Assembly: GCA_964187785.1 (NCBI GenBank)
Contig: OZ076410.1
Span: 61,070,001 to 61,134,000 of the forward strand
Direction: 5' to 3'
DNA length: 64,000 bases
DNA from: Amphiscolops sp. MND2022
Lineage: Eukaryota
Part shown: in pieces, positions 10,178 to 23,900 of the stretch
Position numbering within the stretch: position 1 is the stretch's first letter
How the letters are laid out: each line of letters starts with the position of its first letter
Position numbers and translations under genes: made by a program
The notes under the pieces: model-generated
Seen by the model: the letters and a program-made list of their open reading frames with translations, nothing else
What the model was told of the DNA's origin: nothing
The model's database searches: none

Positions 10178-11039
10178 GCTTTTTAGTCAGACTTTTTTGA
10201 AACACCTGAACTGTCCAAAACAGTTCTACTAGAAGTTCTTCAGCTTTGGCACAGTCTCTTTTGGTCATCTATATACAACATTTGAGCTGTAAAGGAGTCT
10301 CCTTTGATAATAGCGCAACCCATACCTGTTTTATCGCAAACTGGAAATGAAGAATACCGGATGTAATGTATACCGGACATAACGTTTCTTGGATATTTTT
10401 TCAATGTTACAAAAAGGTGCCTCTTTCAATAGTGAATATATTTAGAGTTGATACAATCATTTGAAGCCAAGGCACCTTTCGTTTTTTTTTGTTTTGTGGG
10501 ACCTTTTTCTTTTTGAACTTAATCGAACAGCGGTTTTATTCTCAATACTTTATCATACTTTGTCAGTAAGACTTACTGAAGATTTTTGTTGGAAAAAAAT
10601 TTTTGAAACATTTTTGTCCAGCATTTTTTGAAGTATTCTGTAATGAAAATTTTTTTCTGAGTGCTAAGGGTGACTTAATTGATAATTTTTTGGTCCTGTG
10701 GAACTGATGAGTCTTTTCAATGTTTTTGGAAAAAACCTACTGTTTTTTTCGGGACACAGTGCATTTTTTTGAAAATTGTATGGTCAAATTGAACCAACTC
10801 CACTTAAATGATGTCATCTTGTAAAACCGGTTTTGTGATCTTGAGGGGTTTGCTTTTGGGATATTAGGCAAACATTTGTTTTGAGAAAACAATTTGTAAT
10901 GAAATTTTTCCAACAGTTGTTTTCTCCGATGTTCCGACTTACGGGAAGCGCGGCTATCGAGTCCTACAGGCATCCCTTTGTCATGCTGCACTCATGATGA
11001 ATCTGAACGGGGATGTTGTAAACTACACAACATCACAGG

Positions 11040-11428
11040 ATGAAAGGAAACAACCTGGGAACGGCCCAAGTCGGCGCCATATCTAAGGCTCAAAAAGACT
11101 CGAAAACCACTTTTTCTACAACTGGAGACAACAAAAGCTATCAAAAAACCAAAAATTGAGAAAAAATTTTCCGATTTTTTTCTTGAATTTTTTTCGAAGT
11201 TTCCGGCAAGTCGCAAAGTGCCGAAAAATGTAAAAGGTGGGACGCTTTTTATCTCATGTTAGACGCTTTGGATGCGTTGAAAATGAAGTACTTAGTACAC
11301 ATGGCAAAAATTGGTAAATGTGCATTAATTGCCTTAATGCACAAAAAGTGGACGTTACGCGTTGAACTGACGAAAAAAATTAGCCACTGTAAGAGTCGGG
11401 ATTTTCTTCGAAAACGCCGACTAAAAAG
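11040..11428. mobile_element. Dispersed non-autonomous repeat (Helentron/HINE-like), copy A
   Basis: AGTCGGCGCCATATC near the 5' end and an AGTCGG...CGCCGACT-AAAAA hairpin at the 3' end; shared with 35830-36210 and 43070-44095. Confidence 0.55.
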
Positions 11429-12439
11429 TAAAACACAAAACAACAGCGACACAAAACTTGAAGAGGAAAAGAGGCGTAGTCAACCACATTGCTCCATGAA
11501 ACATAAACTTAAAAATATTTTATATTAATCTTTTTCCATTAGTTTACAAGTATCATACTCATTTCAATGTTGTCACATTTCATATGTTTGCGTGAAGTAA
11601 ATGATTAGTTTCAACCATAAGGTACGATACTGTAGTGTCCTTGAGGCAATTCTTCAGTTCATAATTTTTTAGTCAGTTAGTCATGTAACGATGGAAACAT
11701 TTTATCACCACATTTCCATGCAAATTTAGTGCAAGTATTTCTTTCATGATAACGATTTGTAGTAGCTAGTGATTCACGTAACGATGGCAACGCACCAACA
11801 TCATATTGACGCAAATTGCGCATTTACCAAACAAGGTGTTAACCATCACCATCTTAGCGCTGCAATGCGCAACTAACAACATTGAGACCGAACATACTAG
11901 ATTTTGAAGAGATATTTACCGAATGAGATACGACCAGCGCTTTATGGAAATGAAAAAGCAGAGTAGAGAACTGACCACCAAAGCTAAATCTTTTGCTGAT
12001 CAAATTACCTCCACTATCTCAAATGCAGAACGAAATGCCCCCATTACTGGGGAAGAGAATTCTTATGATGTTATTAATCGATACACATTTTGTGGTTCCG
12101 ACGCCCTTCAATATGCTTCGGTATTCTTTCGGTATATTTTTGGCAACGCAAATTTCATAAAAGTTTTCTCGATATTGTCCCCGCTAAACCTCCGTTTTCG
12201 GCACTATGATACTTTGTTCCGAGAAAACGTGATCGAAAAAAAGTGGAAGCTTATTGTTTTCATTTGGCGAAGAGGTGGTTTTGGAGCTCTACGCGTATCC
12301 CCCAAAGCATTTTTGGCCTGGAGCACATGATACAATTTTAACGACAGTGTCTTTCGCATTTTTGGAAACGCTTTTTGAAACTTCAGTGGGGCGTCCACTT
12401 GGGCTGTTGCCGGCTTGTTTTAACAAGTCGTCAGAATCT

Positions 12440-13935
12440 GATTTGCACTTGGGCTCACTGGCGATTGAAATGAAGCACAATCTGAAGTATTTGGGTGTTA
12501 TTATGGACGGGTTTACTTGTGTTTCTGGTTTACTATAAACTCATGTGGCTCCGCTCATCCAATATGGTGTTCTGATATACAGCTGTACGTCTTTTTCCAT
12601 TCTCAGCCCTATTTACACATTACAAAAGAAAATTTTGCGAACTATGTTCTTCCTTGAAAAATTTGCAAGCGTTGACTCTCTAATGATAAAAAATGAACTT
12701 CCTACCGTTCTTGAATTCCATGTCTATGAACTGTTCAATTCATAGTGGCCTCGCCATCAACTGGTCATCCTGTCCAAGTCCTTAACGACATCCTGAAACT
12801 TGTTTCCCAAAGCGATTACTACTTGAGGAATAAGAAACTCGAGCTCGCGATCGAACCTGTCTCTTACAATAAAATGTATCGACTGTCGCTCTCAATGGGT
12901 GTCCCCAGACTTTATAACAAACTTAAGCATTGGTCTGTTCTACCGGAAAATGATGACCTCGGAAACTTTTCTGAAGACGCGCTCAAAGTGTTGTGTCAGA
13001 GGTTCCTCAGAAGCTATTTAATCGGGAATACGGAGCTTGTCAGGTTTGTTCATGAACTTCAGTGAAGCCTCACTGCTAACGGTGAATGTGAAGCTGGAAA
13101 GTCAAGCAATGAAGTCCCCAAAGTGGACTCAAACAAAGCCTCTTCTCTGCTGTGCTCAGGAGCTTGGAACCTTTTTGAGCATATTATTGCCTACCTACAA
13201 GCTAAAGGATTTTTCTTTATTATCCTTCACATTTCTTCAGTTTACTTCTTGGCTACCCTCTTTGAATGCTTTAATTGATTGTGATATCATCATTCTCCAC
13301 CTTATATTTATTGTAGTTTTCTCATTTTTGGAAAAGAACGCATTAGTGGAATCTTCATGGGTTAACCCATGAATGAATATCCCACTAAATGCCAATGCTT
13401 CCCCCTGCATCGTCTCAGTTAGACGGTCCGTGTCCTCTATGTAAGCCTCTCTGAGGTTAACATGGCACATTCCGCTGTAAGTAGAGAGGGGTTGCATCGG
13501 CAAATTTCACCAAAATGATGTATTAAGTCGCTCTGAGTTCGGATTCTTTCACCTTTTTTTGACGCTTTTTCCAAAACAACTCAGTTCGTTTTAGTCGGTT
13601 GGGAGATGAATCGCTTTAGATACTAGGGCTTAGCTCGTCCACTGCCGATGAAGCAAATGTCAAGTATTGAAGGTAATTTTCTGTTCTCTTTCTGATACTT
13701 TTCTTCCGTCTCGTTTTTTTCATTAATGTGTCTTATAATTTTCTCATTTGACTATAGGTTTAGTCAGTATGATTAATCATAGTAATCATACACTTTGTTG
13801 TTTTTAATTCGCTGAGGCTCCCTTCCAGCGGGCGTAAGCCCTTTGGGAGTCTTTTCTGGTGTATTTTTATTGCAACTTGATTTGATATTTGTATGTCAAT
13901 TATGTATCACCAGATAAATTCTATTATTATTATTT
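12440..13935 (+). mobile_element. 5'-truncated LINE (non-LTR retrotransposon): ORF2 C-terminus plus 3' UTR
   Basis: KYLGVIMD and PLIQYGVLIYSCT...LQKKILR motifs of the RT C-terminal region; ends in a stem-loop and an (ATT)n tail at ~13920-13935. Confidence 0.65.
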
Positions 13936-14399
13936 TTAATATAGGATTTTAGTTCACTAGCTACCAAAATTACGGCAGCGAAATTTACATTGATACCAGC
14001 GAAGTTGGAAGAAATGATGAATTGATCTCCGATATGAGCAGAAACGATGTGAAATTAGTTGGGTTAAAAACTAAACATGCGTTAAAATGAACTAACACAA
14101 CGCAAGACTAACAATTGCTGTTACAAACAAAATCTACAACTGTCTCTTTCATGGGCTGGATGAAACGAACTGAGATCACTAAATATTCAGTTGAACGAAC
14201 CATCGGAAAACATGAACATTTTCGAAGCCATACCGAGATGATCAAAACAACTTGAACAAAACTTCAAGCATTGATGCAAAACGAACTGTGCAGTCAAAGG
14301 TACGAGGCGCGGTAGACATCAACGTCACCCAAATGCAAATACCGTACAATAACCAGAGCCGCATATGCGGTAAAGGAGTTGGCTTAAGTCTTTTTCCTT

Positions 14400-15520
14400 C
14401 TGACTCGCTTTCGTTCGAATCGTATGAACAGTTTGTGAGAAAATCGAAAAAATCGAAAAGTGACTGTTTTTTTGGCCATTTTTGGGCTAAATTTGGCTAT
14501 GTTTCTCACATCTCAGCCATACGAATTTAATGAAATTGCACATAAAGGACTATAATATGGTGTAAAATGACTGTAGAAAATTTTGTTCGAATCGTATGGA
14601 CAGTTTTTGAGAAAATCGAAAAAAAATCGAAAAATGACTGTTTTTTGGCCATTTTTGGGCAAATTTTGGCTATGTTTCTCACATCCCAGCCATACGATTT
14701 TGATGCCATTGCACATATAGGACTCTAATATGGTGTAGAATAACTGTAGAAAAATTTGTTCGAATCGTATGGACAGTTTTTGAGAAAATCGAAAAAAGTC
14801 GAAAAATGGCTGTTTTTTGGCCATTTTTGGGCTAATTTTGGCCATGTTTCTCACATCCCAATCATACGATTTTGATGCCATTGCACATATATGACTCTAA
14901 TATGGTGTAGAATAACTGTAGAAAATTTCGTTCGAATCGTATGGACAGTTTTTGAGAAAATCGAAAAAAGTCGAAAAGTGGCTGTTTTTTGGCCATTTTT
15001 GGGCTAATTTTGGCTATGTTTCTCACATCCCAGCCATACGATTTTGATGCCTTTGCACATATAGGACTCTAATATGGTGTAGAACAACTGTAGAAAATTT
15101 CGTTCGAATCGTATGGACAGTTTTTGAGAAAATCGAAAAAAGTGGAAAAATGGCTGTTTTTTAGCCATTTTTGGGCTAATTTTGGCCATGTTTCTCACAT
15201 CCCAATCATACGATTTTGATGCCATTGCACATATATGACTCTAATATGGTGTAGAATAACTGTAGAAAATTTCGTTCGAATCGTATGGACAGTTTTTGAG
15301 AAAATCGAAAAAAGTCGAAAAGTGGCTGTTTTTTGGCCATTTTTGGGCTAATTTTGGCTATATTTCTCACATCCCAGCCATACGATTTTGATGCCTTCGC
15401 ACACGCAGGGGCCCCTTTGGGTGTAGAATGACTGTGCAAAATTTCGTGAAAATCGTATGGACAGTTTTTGAGAAATTTGAAATTTTCATGAAAAGGTCGG
15501 GAGAACAAAAAAACAGCACG
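14400..15520. repeat. 172-bp tandem satellite array (~6.5 units)
   Basis: GTTCGAATCGTATG recurs at 14413, 14585, 14758, 14930, 15102 and 15274 (period 172-173). Confidence 0.95.
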
Positions 15521-16569
15521 ATTGCATAAGTAGTCGAAAATTTTTTCCGACTCCTAAAAACCGAAACCGATCCTTAAACAATCACAAGTTGGGGTCGGAA
15601 CCAAACTAAAACGTCTAGTATAATCTGGACATATAGAAAAAGGTACTGACCTAAAAAGAGAGTTTTCCCTATGTTCTGCAGTTATAACGGTGAAGAAAGA
15701 CTGATCGAAAAAATAATTCTTTTGATTTTAAAAACTGACCGAAGACTGCTTTAATCATTAACTGCATGTGCCTTAAATGGAAGACATGATGAACAAACCA
15801 TCGAAAACAAGATGGATTTCGTGGACCAAAAAATTTCGAAAGTAGACTTCGATTGCACAACGCCCAGCTGAAATTTACAAAAAGAACACAAAAAATACTG
15901 TATAGTCGCTATGCAGTGTAGTCGATTGCAATTCAAAAGGATAAAACAATTTCAAAAATGCCTCTGCAACATAGCGGATTTACCCCTGATCGTTCAACAA
16001 AACTACAAATGGTGAAAACCGTACACGTGCACAAAAAAAAACAAAATTCGTCATTCAGGAAACCGGAAGAGCTGGTCAACAACTCAGGGAAATTGCCACG
16101 TCTAAATAAAAAAAGAAAAAAAAGCTATCAAAAAGCAGGCTGCCGGAAAGCGCTATACTTCATTTTAAGCGCAATGCAGCATCTTTATTGATAAACAAAA
16201 ATATATAACGCCGAAAAATTGACGATTGACAGAAACTACTGTGACAAGGAAAAACGTCGAACTGGGTTGCAGACAGACAAAAAAGTTCGAAGAATTATTT
16301 TTGGATTTGAAAAACAAACCCTTTCTTGGCAAGAGCAAACTTACTAAAACCAATGACATTTCTATCCTTTGTTCAAATCAAGCTAAAACAAATGACGCAA
16401 TTATTGAACCAGAACTACTAGCAGAAGTTTGGGACAAAAACATACATGTTTCATATTATTGTGGAAAACGACATTTTAAAAACTGACCACCAAGCCTTTT
16501 CAACAATTTTTACTGGAAAACCGCGCCCATAAACGATACAGTGCATAATTAACCTGTCGAATATATCAA

Positions 16570-17687
16570 ATATCCACTTCGACGATAACTTACTTCCAAT
16601 TGAGCACCTTTTTGGCAAATTCTATTTGACAGTAAGCTAGATTTCAAAAATCATATCGAAATGATCACAAAGAAATTAAACAGATTTTGTGGACTAATTT
16701 ACAAGATACGAGAATTGTGCACAAGAAAATGTCTCACTTCGTTCTATAATTCCTACCCTAAATCTATCATAATTAGGGCTTGGGTTCTAAGTGATATACC
16801 TGAAAATACCTATATTCACCTAAACAGCCTAGTTTTTTCATGATTTACCTAAATCATCAAATTTTTGGAACATTACCTGAATTTACCTAAATTTACCCAA
16901 AGTAACGTGTTTTTTTTCTCAGAAATAGCTCCAATCTCACTTAAAGAATTTGTACTTAAGTTGGATGCTAAATCGCAGGCAGTTCATAATGTTAAAACAA
17001 TTTACGAAATTGATTCAAAACTTCTTGCTGAACTAGGGTTTTTGCAAAGTTATCTTGTGAACCGTACGGGTGGCATTGAAAAATTGGAAAGCCAGACTTT
17101 GCACGTCATTGATAGTACAACATATGTCTGCGAAACACTCGAGATAACTCGCCGGATTCCTAATTCGGATAGAAGGATATTGCAGAACCTGAATCGATTA
17201 TCGAGAAAAATGCTGGCTTCAGTGATTAATACCGCCAAAACTATTGGATCTAGAATTCTCCTTCTTAGATGGCGTCGTTCAAGACTGCCCTATAACTTCC
17301 GTTGATGTTGAACGAAAGTTTTCGAAAATGAATTACCTGTTTTCAAAGCAGCGTGAAGGCCTCATTTTTGAACATTTGAAATATCATTTTATACTTCAAC
17401 GCCGATGTAATTGATAGAAAATAGATCTTTTTCAATTATAATACTTGTTTTAAAAAATTTTACAAAAATCAGGGATGTCGCCTAAATTACCCAATTACTT
17501 TACCTAAAAAAAACAAACCCTAATCAAAGTTTATGAACTGTTGGCCAAAGGAGACACCACAAAAGCACGTTTAGAACTGAATGAAAAGACTCAGCGGATG
17601 GTTTTTTGAGCTATGTATTATGAAAAAAACAATTCGACTCTCTAGTTTATATAATGAACGAAAATCAGCTGCAAACGGTTTTTGAAG
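16570..17687 (+). mobile_element. LINE ORF2 C-terminal fragment, split by a hAT insertion and ending at Gypsy element 2
   Basis: HIEMITKKLNRFCGLIYKIR...FYNSYPKSII continues after the insertion as IKVYELLAKGDTTKARLELNEKTQRM. Confidence 0.65.
16774..17522 (+). mobile_element. hAT-like DNA transposon deletion derivative (749 bp) with a transposase fragment (16865-17305)
   Basis: Termini TAGGGCTTG...CAAACCCTA; imperfect 8-bp TSD atcataat/atcaaagt (6/8). The ORF segment LAELGFLQSYL...IEKLESQTLHVIDS resembles a hAT transposase segment (motif recall). Confidence 0.65.
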
Positions 17688-19954
17688 TGTTGCGACCCGC
17701 TCCCTGTCACTGTTTCTCGTGTTGCTCTACCATACCAGGATTTGGGCCAGGACGTGGCCATGGATAAAGCAAGCAACTTTGAACAAGTTCAAGTTACCTA
17801 ATTCTACTTACAGTACAGCTAAGTTATTTGTAGATAAGTTTTCAGAATAACCAAATTTACGTAAGCGTTACGAAACAATCTTGGAAATGATTTTAACCGG
17901 TATAACTTCCGGTTTAACATTTTACACGTGATCATTTTTATTTCCGGTCTATCTTCTGAACTTCACATGCTGATTATCTAAATAACAGAACAGAGACATA
18001 TTACGTAACAGGAAATTAGCTCCTCTTTTCCACCATGAAAGGAAAACAGCAAAGATAAAATTCAACTCCGTAATCCCAACGGAATTCATACAATCTAAAA
18101 TGAAAAATATACAAAACAGTATAGTGGCTGTTTTCCAACACTAAAGTAGTTGCCAAGATTCTTCAAATTACAGTCTAGTTAGTTGGGAGAATAATCACAA
18201 CGTTATGACTCAGAAGAACTAGTAACTGGTGTTCCTATTTTTACGGACCAAAAGCGTCGCTCTCTTAGCTGAAGTTTTTGCGCACGGTCCAACAAGAATG
18301 ATTTTTTCGTGACGTCAGTAGCTGTGAGAATAAGAATGAACGCCTACGCTCTCCGTATTTCCTCCGCGAACCGCCGTTCACTTATACATAATCTTATTAC
18401 GTTTGGAGACGTTACGGAGCGAATTGTAAGATTGTACCAGCGGGTTGATACTTTAAGCTAGCTTTGAAAGGATTTATCATAAGAAATGGCGCATTAAGTG
18501 ATTTTCGAGAAAAGAATTTACATAATAAAAACTGTACTGTACGGCTGAATTGCGGAAGTATGTTTATAACCATGAATGGTGTTTCAAGTTTATACTATGA
18601 TGATTGAAAGTGAAACCACGTTTACCTTACGTTGCAAACAATTTACTTCTAGAAGTTCATTGCCGAACATTTAAATTATATTTATGAAATGTACTTTGGT
18701 AGTTTGTCCGGGGATGCAATGTAAGGTCCTTGTCTCCCAAACCCATTAAACAGGATTTGTTTCTGGCAAGTTGGAGCGATCTGATTTTGAGTTTCATGTT
18801 CATGCTACGCTGTACAATCGTGACCATTGCAATAATGTTGATACTGTATTTATCTCCAAACTAATACCTATTCAAAACGTGTTTTTTTTTGGAATAACGG
18901 ATTGTTTCCGTCAAAGTTATGTTGTGTTTTGTGTTGAACGTACATTATAGGCAAATAAGCCATGCAGTTTGTTGTTCGTTCCTAATCAGTGTTTTCACTG
19001 CTGTAGTTTGTAGCATATTTTATGTTTGTACCAGGAAGTGTTGTTCCAGCATCATTTGTTCCCTTGTCAGCTTTTAGTTATTTCTACGCACTCAAGACAT
19101 TCACTCCATTTCAACCGCGTTGGCATTTTTGAGTGCCATACTTTTGACTAGAAATTCAAAATTTCCTAACATGGAAGTCGACTAATTGATCACCCCGGCG
19201 CGCTTCCGTCGATGAAAATATTGAGCGAACCTCTATTTTGCCGCCATTTCGAAACTAAACAAGATATGTACTAGCATGAACAGAAATGATTTTAACGAAT
19301 GTTACAGAATAGTGACGGAATAAGAGTTTCGACAACTAATTTTATGACGCGAGACTGGAATGATTTCAAATATTAAGGACTTTTAGTGAACAAACTTGAT
19401 TTTTACGAGACTTAGGAATTTTTAGGTGGAGAACAAATGATGCTAGAAAGGTATATATTGCAAGAAATACCATGTGAATTTAGTTAGTTTTATTAGTATT
19501 TTTCCGTTATCGATATATTTCGTCGATAAACGTTCTTTGACGAATTCATAGTTTCCAAAGATCTCTTTTCAACCAAAAATGACTACTAGAAGCCTGAAAA
19601 ATAAAACTGTAGCTCAGTTAGTCTCAGGGCAATTCGACGCTTTAACTTCTGAAAGCAATCTAATTGAAAACTGCGTAGCAGGTCCGAATAGATCACCAAA
19701 TACCCCGCCTTAGAAATTAGATGAGATTGATGCATCTCTGAGAAGGGAAATTATGTCTGACCTCACCGAGATCTTTGCTGAAAACCAAAAAGTGATGCTA
19801 AAATTAACAGCACCAGTTGTTAAAAATCCTACATTTGTTTAAAACCTGGAAAGCTCTGATTTTGAGCCAGAAAACGTTTTTCCAAACACAACATCAACAC
19901 CAATCAAAGGAAAAGCGACTAATTCTAAAAGCGACTATGGTGAAAAGTGATAAA
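17688..19954 (+). repeat. 5' LTR of element 2 (~2267 bp)
   Basis: Starts TGTTGCGACCCGCTCCC; end placed by homology to the element 1 LTR end; followed by a degenerate PBS TGTTGACAGGAAT. Confidence 0.8.
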
Positions 19955-20973
19955 TGTTGACAGGAATCCTCAATGATTCCACGAAACAACCCACCAAACC
20001 ACCGCAACAGCGTCCGCAAAACGAGCACTCTAAAGAACGTCCTACAATGTCAAGACTCCTGTTTGCACCCCAACCGCAAACATTTCAACCGCACAACAGG
20101 CTCCCGATGCCGAAAGCCCTAACGGCTTCACAACCTGTTTTAGATGGTAAGTCCGGAAAGTTTGAACTTTTCGAGTATTTAATCAGGAATAACATCAAAA
20201 TGTATCCTCATCTAACCGAAATACAAAAATAAACTACTTTCATTCACTCCTAGGAAACGCGTTCCAAGCGTACTGCAAAATCGAAGATTGCAAAAAGCAC
20301 AACCTAGAAGAAATAATTACGTTGTTTAAACGCCGAATTGGAGATTTCCATTCCTCAGCCAAAGCACGGTGTGGTGGAACGCTTTGCATTTCGATTCCAC
20401 AAAACCAAAACTTCACGAATGACAAAACAAATTGCAAAAAAACCGCTAAAAAGTTTTTGGCTCAGAAGCCCAAAACTTTTTTCATAAAGCATTATACGCA
20501 AAAGCGCTGGATCAAGTCAAAAAGATCCTCAATGGGGATTTTCTCGAGGATAAGCCATACAACGACATTGTCCTACATCTTGAAAAAAAAGCGCCTCAAC
20601 GGACTAGGAGTGTTGGACGAAACTACTCTAGTACCGCTAAATACTGTTGACGTGGAACCTATGGATCAAAACAAGAAACCCAACCAGAGAGGTTACTGCT
20701 TCCATTGCGGCAGATATGGACACTACAAAACCCATTACCGCAAATTCAAAAAAGACCGCTACTATGAAACTAAAGTCAGAAAGGGCGAGCCAAATTCTAC
20801 AGACCCTTTAAAGCCAAAATGCGACACGTGCGGCAAAATGCATTAAACTAAAACTTGTTGGGATGGAGCAACGCGGCAAATGACCCCAGGAAAAAGAAGA
20901 AAACATTTGCCATCCGTACCAACAAAAAAACGAACACCCACTCTCAATTGTGGCTACTCGGCTAGAAAACTAA
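19579..20973 (+). pseudogene. gag pseudogene, element 2
   Basis: ATG ACT ACT AGA AGC start; CFHCGRYGHYKTH and CDTCGKMH knuckles; several stops and frameshifts. Confidence 0.85.
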
Positions 20974-23900
20974 AATCGTTGCGCCTACGTTTCGAGGGAC
21001 ACAATCCAGGATCATCCAAATCAAAATGAAGAAGATACAATCAGAGAATGCATCGGGGAACCAACGCGAGACTGGTAACGACGTTGGAATGTTGTCATGA
21101 TCCTACATTATAACGCCCGACACCAGGACGATCCCAAACCTCTTCGTCACTGGATAACAGAATCGCCGGACAACTACGCCACCTTAAAGCGCCCTCTACG
21201 AGAAACCAAAACTGACAAAATATATGTCTATGACATGGACTACCGCTGTGATCCATGGAATGAAACGGACATTTATGACACTAATTCCTTGTCCATCAAA
21301 ATCCACGTACAAAACCCGACCAAACCAGACGATGACGTAACCTAATTACCTGAAACCCCTTCGCCAATCCTGAAGAAATCTTCACCTACCCCAGTAGCAC
21401 CCGTAACAGTAACATCCACAGCAATAGACGCAGACGATATCATTTGCATCGATAATACAACGATTTGGTCACGCAATTCAAAGAAATATTCGGTGGACAC
21501 CCCTTCTCCTCCGCCACCCCTACAAACCGTACCTGTGACTCAAATTCTCACTAATTACGAGGACACAACCGACTGTCCATCTCCCTTACCGCAGGACCTC
21601 AACGAGTTCATCCAATCATCCAACATGATAAAGACAACGACTACATCCCGTTGATATCTGCGATAACCCTGAAGAAGAAATGAAGAATGCTCTTTCTACC
21701 CATAGAGTTCAACAAAGTCAAAATTGAAGCGTCAGTAAACTCAGGTGCGCACATTAATGCAATAAGCGAAAGGGACGCGGAAAAAATAGGGCATGAAGCA
21801 GACCAGTTCATCATCAAAAAAGCACCACCACCCCCTTTCAAAGTCCAACTTGCCAACGCAGAACTGGAGCATTCCCTCCCGACGTACACACTCCGATTCA
21901 AAATAGGAGACTATAGCTTTGCAGAAACGTTCCTTATAATGACCCAAACATCGTTCCCTATAATATGGCTAGCATTCCTACGAAAGCAGTTCGCAATTCT
22001 CGACAACGCCCAAGGAACGATCGACTTTCCTAAAATACAGATCACAATGGCACTGACCAATGAAATGCAAAATTTCAATCCAAATCCCATAACAGTCAAA
22101 ACAGAAAGCAAGCACACCATACCTGCACAATTTTCCCGAGTAATACACGCGTCAATAGCTGGAGGCAATGATTACCCATTAACTGGGACAGTACAATTGC
22201 TGCCACAGTTCGACGAATGTGCCAAGTTCATCGTAGCTCCAGCAATAACATCAGCGAGAGACAAAAGCGTAATCATTAAAATAGCCTTTACTACGGTTTC
22301 TCCTAACACGGAACTAGCTGAACTGCAAACATTGAAACCGGAGGAAACGAAATCAACCCGTACGGTTGACATAGCAGCACTGAATCTACTAACAAAACAC
22401 GCCGAAGTAGTTACGTACATTAATGCACTAATGCAAGTGGAACGACCAGACGACAATGAATCCAAATTCCGGTTCCCAACTCCAGAATCCAGAAAACCCA
22501 GGTAACGAAAAAAAACACTCCTCAATGCAAAAACTACGGGATTTTTCTGTACTTGAAAAGCCAGACCCAAAAGAAAATGAAGAATCAAAAACGAAATTCC
22601 TTTCAAAGTTCAAAATGACTGACTCGTTAATAACGGGCGAAGATCGAGAAAACCTATATTCCACAATTGTTGAATTCAACGATATCTTTGCAAGGCATAG
22701 GCTCGACATCGGAATAAACTCCAAATCTGAATTCAGCCTAACCCCACAAGATGACAAACCTGTGTTTACGCAGAGCCTACCAGTCCCAATCAAACTCAAG
22801 GAAAATCTGACACTCAAGTTAGCACTAATGCACCGCTACGGAATCAATCACCACGACACTATCTTTCTCCAAATATGCAAGTCCCATCTTGGCACAACGG
22901 AATCCCAGCAGCTAGCCACGACTTCTGGTGGATTTACACAAGATCAACGCCCTCATCGCTGATGACTACATCAACAACAACCATTCTATCAGCACCCGAT
23001 GCAGCACAATATCTAGCTGGCTAAAAATTGTTCTGCAATCTCGACTGCTCCCAAGCATACCACTGCCTACAGATAGCAGATCAAAGGTCAGTAGAAGTAC
23101 TTGCTTTTAAGTTTGCTAGTATAACGCTTGCATACCGTAAGTTAGCCCCAGGATTCAGCAGGGCTTTGTCTGCATTCTCGAGTTCCATGCGAGAATACTT
23201 GGACAGTCATCAAAGCTGACCAGTGCGCTCAATATGTAGACGACAATGGGTTCGGCGCAAACACAACTGAACAATTGATCAAAATTATCCGAGCAGTCTT
23301 CAAATGCATCAGAAAGGTAGGTTTGTTGAAACTGACAATCGAGAAGTGTCACTTCGGAGTAACCCAAAATGAATTTATTTGCAGACCAATCACCCCTGAC
23401 GGAGTTGCACCGCAAGATCACAAAGTCAAAACTTTCTTGTCCAAAGTTCGTTTCTCGAAATCAAAGAAGCAAGTACAAAAATACATCGGCTTTGTGAACT
23501 ACTACCAAAACTACATACCACGAGTCAGAGAAAAACTCATCGGTATGTATGAATTTTTAAAAACGGATGTCAAAATCACTATCTCAGAAGAACTTGTAGG
23601 TAATTTGAACGAAGTCAACGCCTGCCTATCGGAAGCCTGCGAGTTTGCCTTGAGACAGCCCGTAGCTGGAAAAAAACGTCCTCATGACGGATGTGAGCTT
23701 CCGTGAACCTGGTTATGCGCTCATGATAGAGTCAAGCGATGAACGGAAACTCATGTCAAAAAAAACATTCGTACCGGTAGCTTTCGGATCACGAGTATTT
23801 TCACCAGCCCAACTGAAAGTGTCCATATATTGCAAGGAATTGTTAGCAATAAACCACGCTTTCCTCAATTATAGCAATATACTATGGGAAACGACAATAC

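Noticed and set aside
11923-12330. 135-aa ORF as a host gene
   Set aside because: No recognisable motif or exon context; it sits directly before a LINE fragment.
14513-15508. ORFs MASKSYDWDVRN... in the satellite
   Set aside because: They are translations of the 172-bp tandem unit with no independent coding evidence.
19440-19550. Sense intron in the Gypsy 5' leader (AAG|GTATAT ... TTCATAG|)
   Set aside because: The acceptor is not conserved in the other LTR (TTCATAA) and the donor is weak.
8049-19954. Elements 1 and 2 as arms of one giant inverted-repeat element
   Set aside because: They are clearly diverged subfamilies separated by unrelated TEs; best read as independent insertions.
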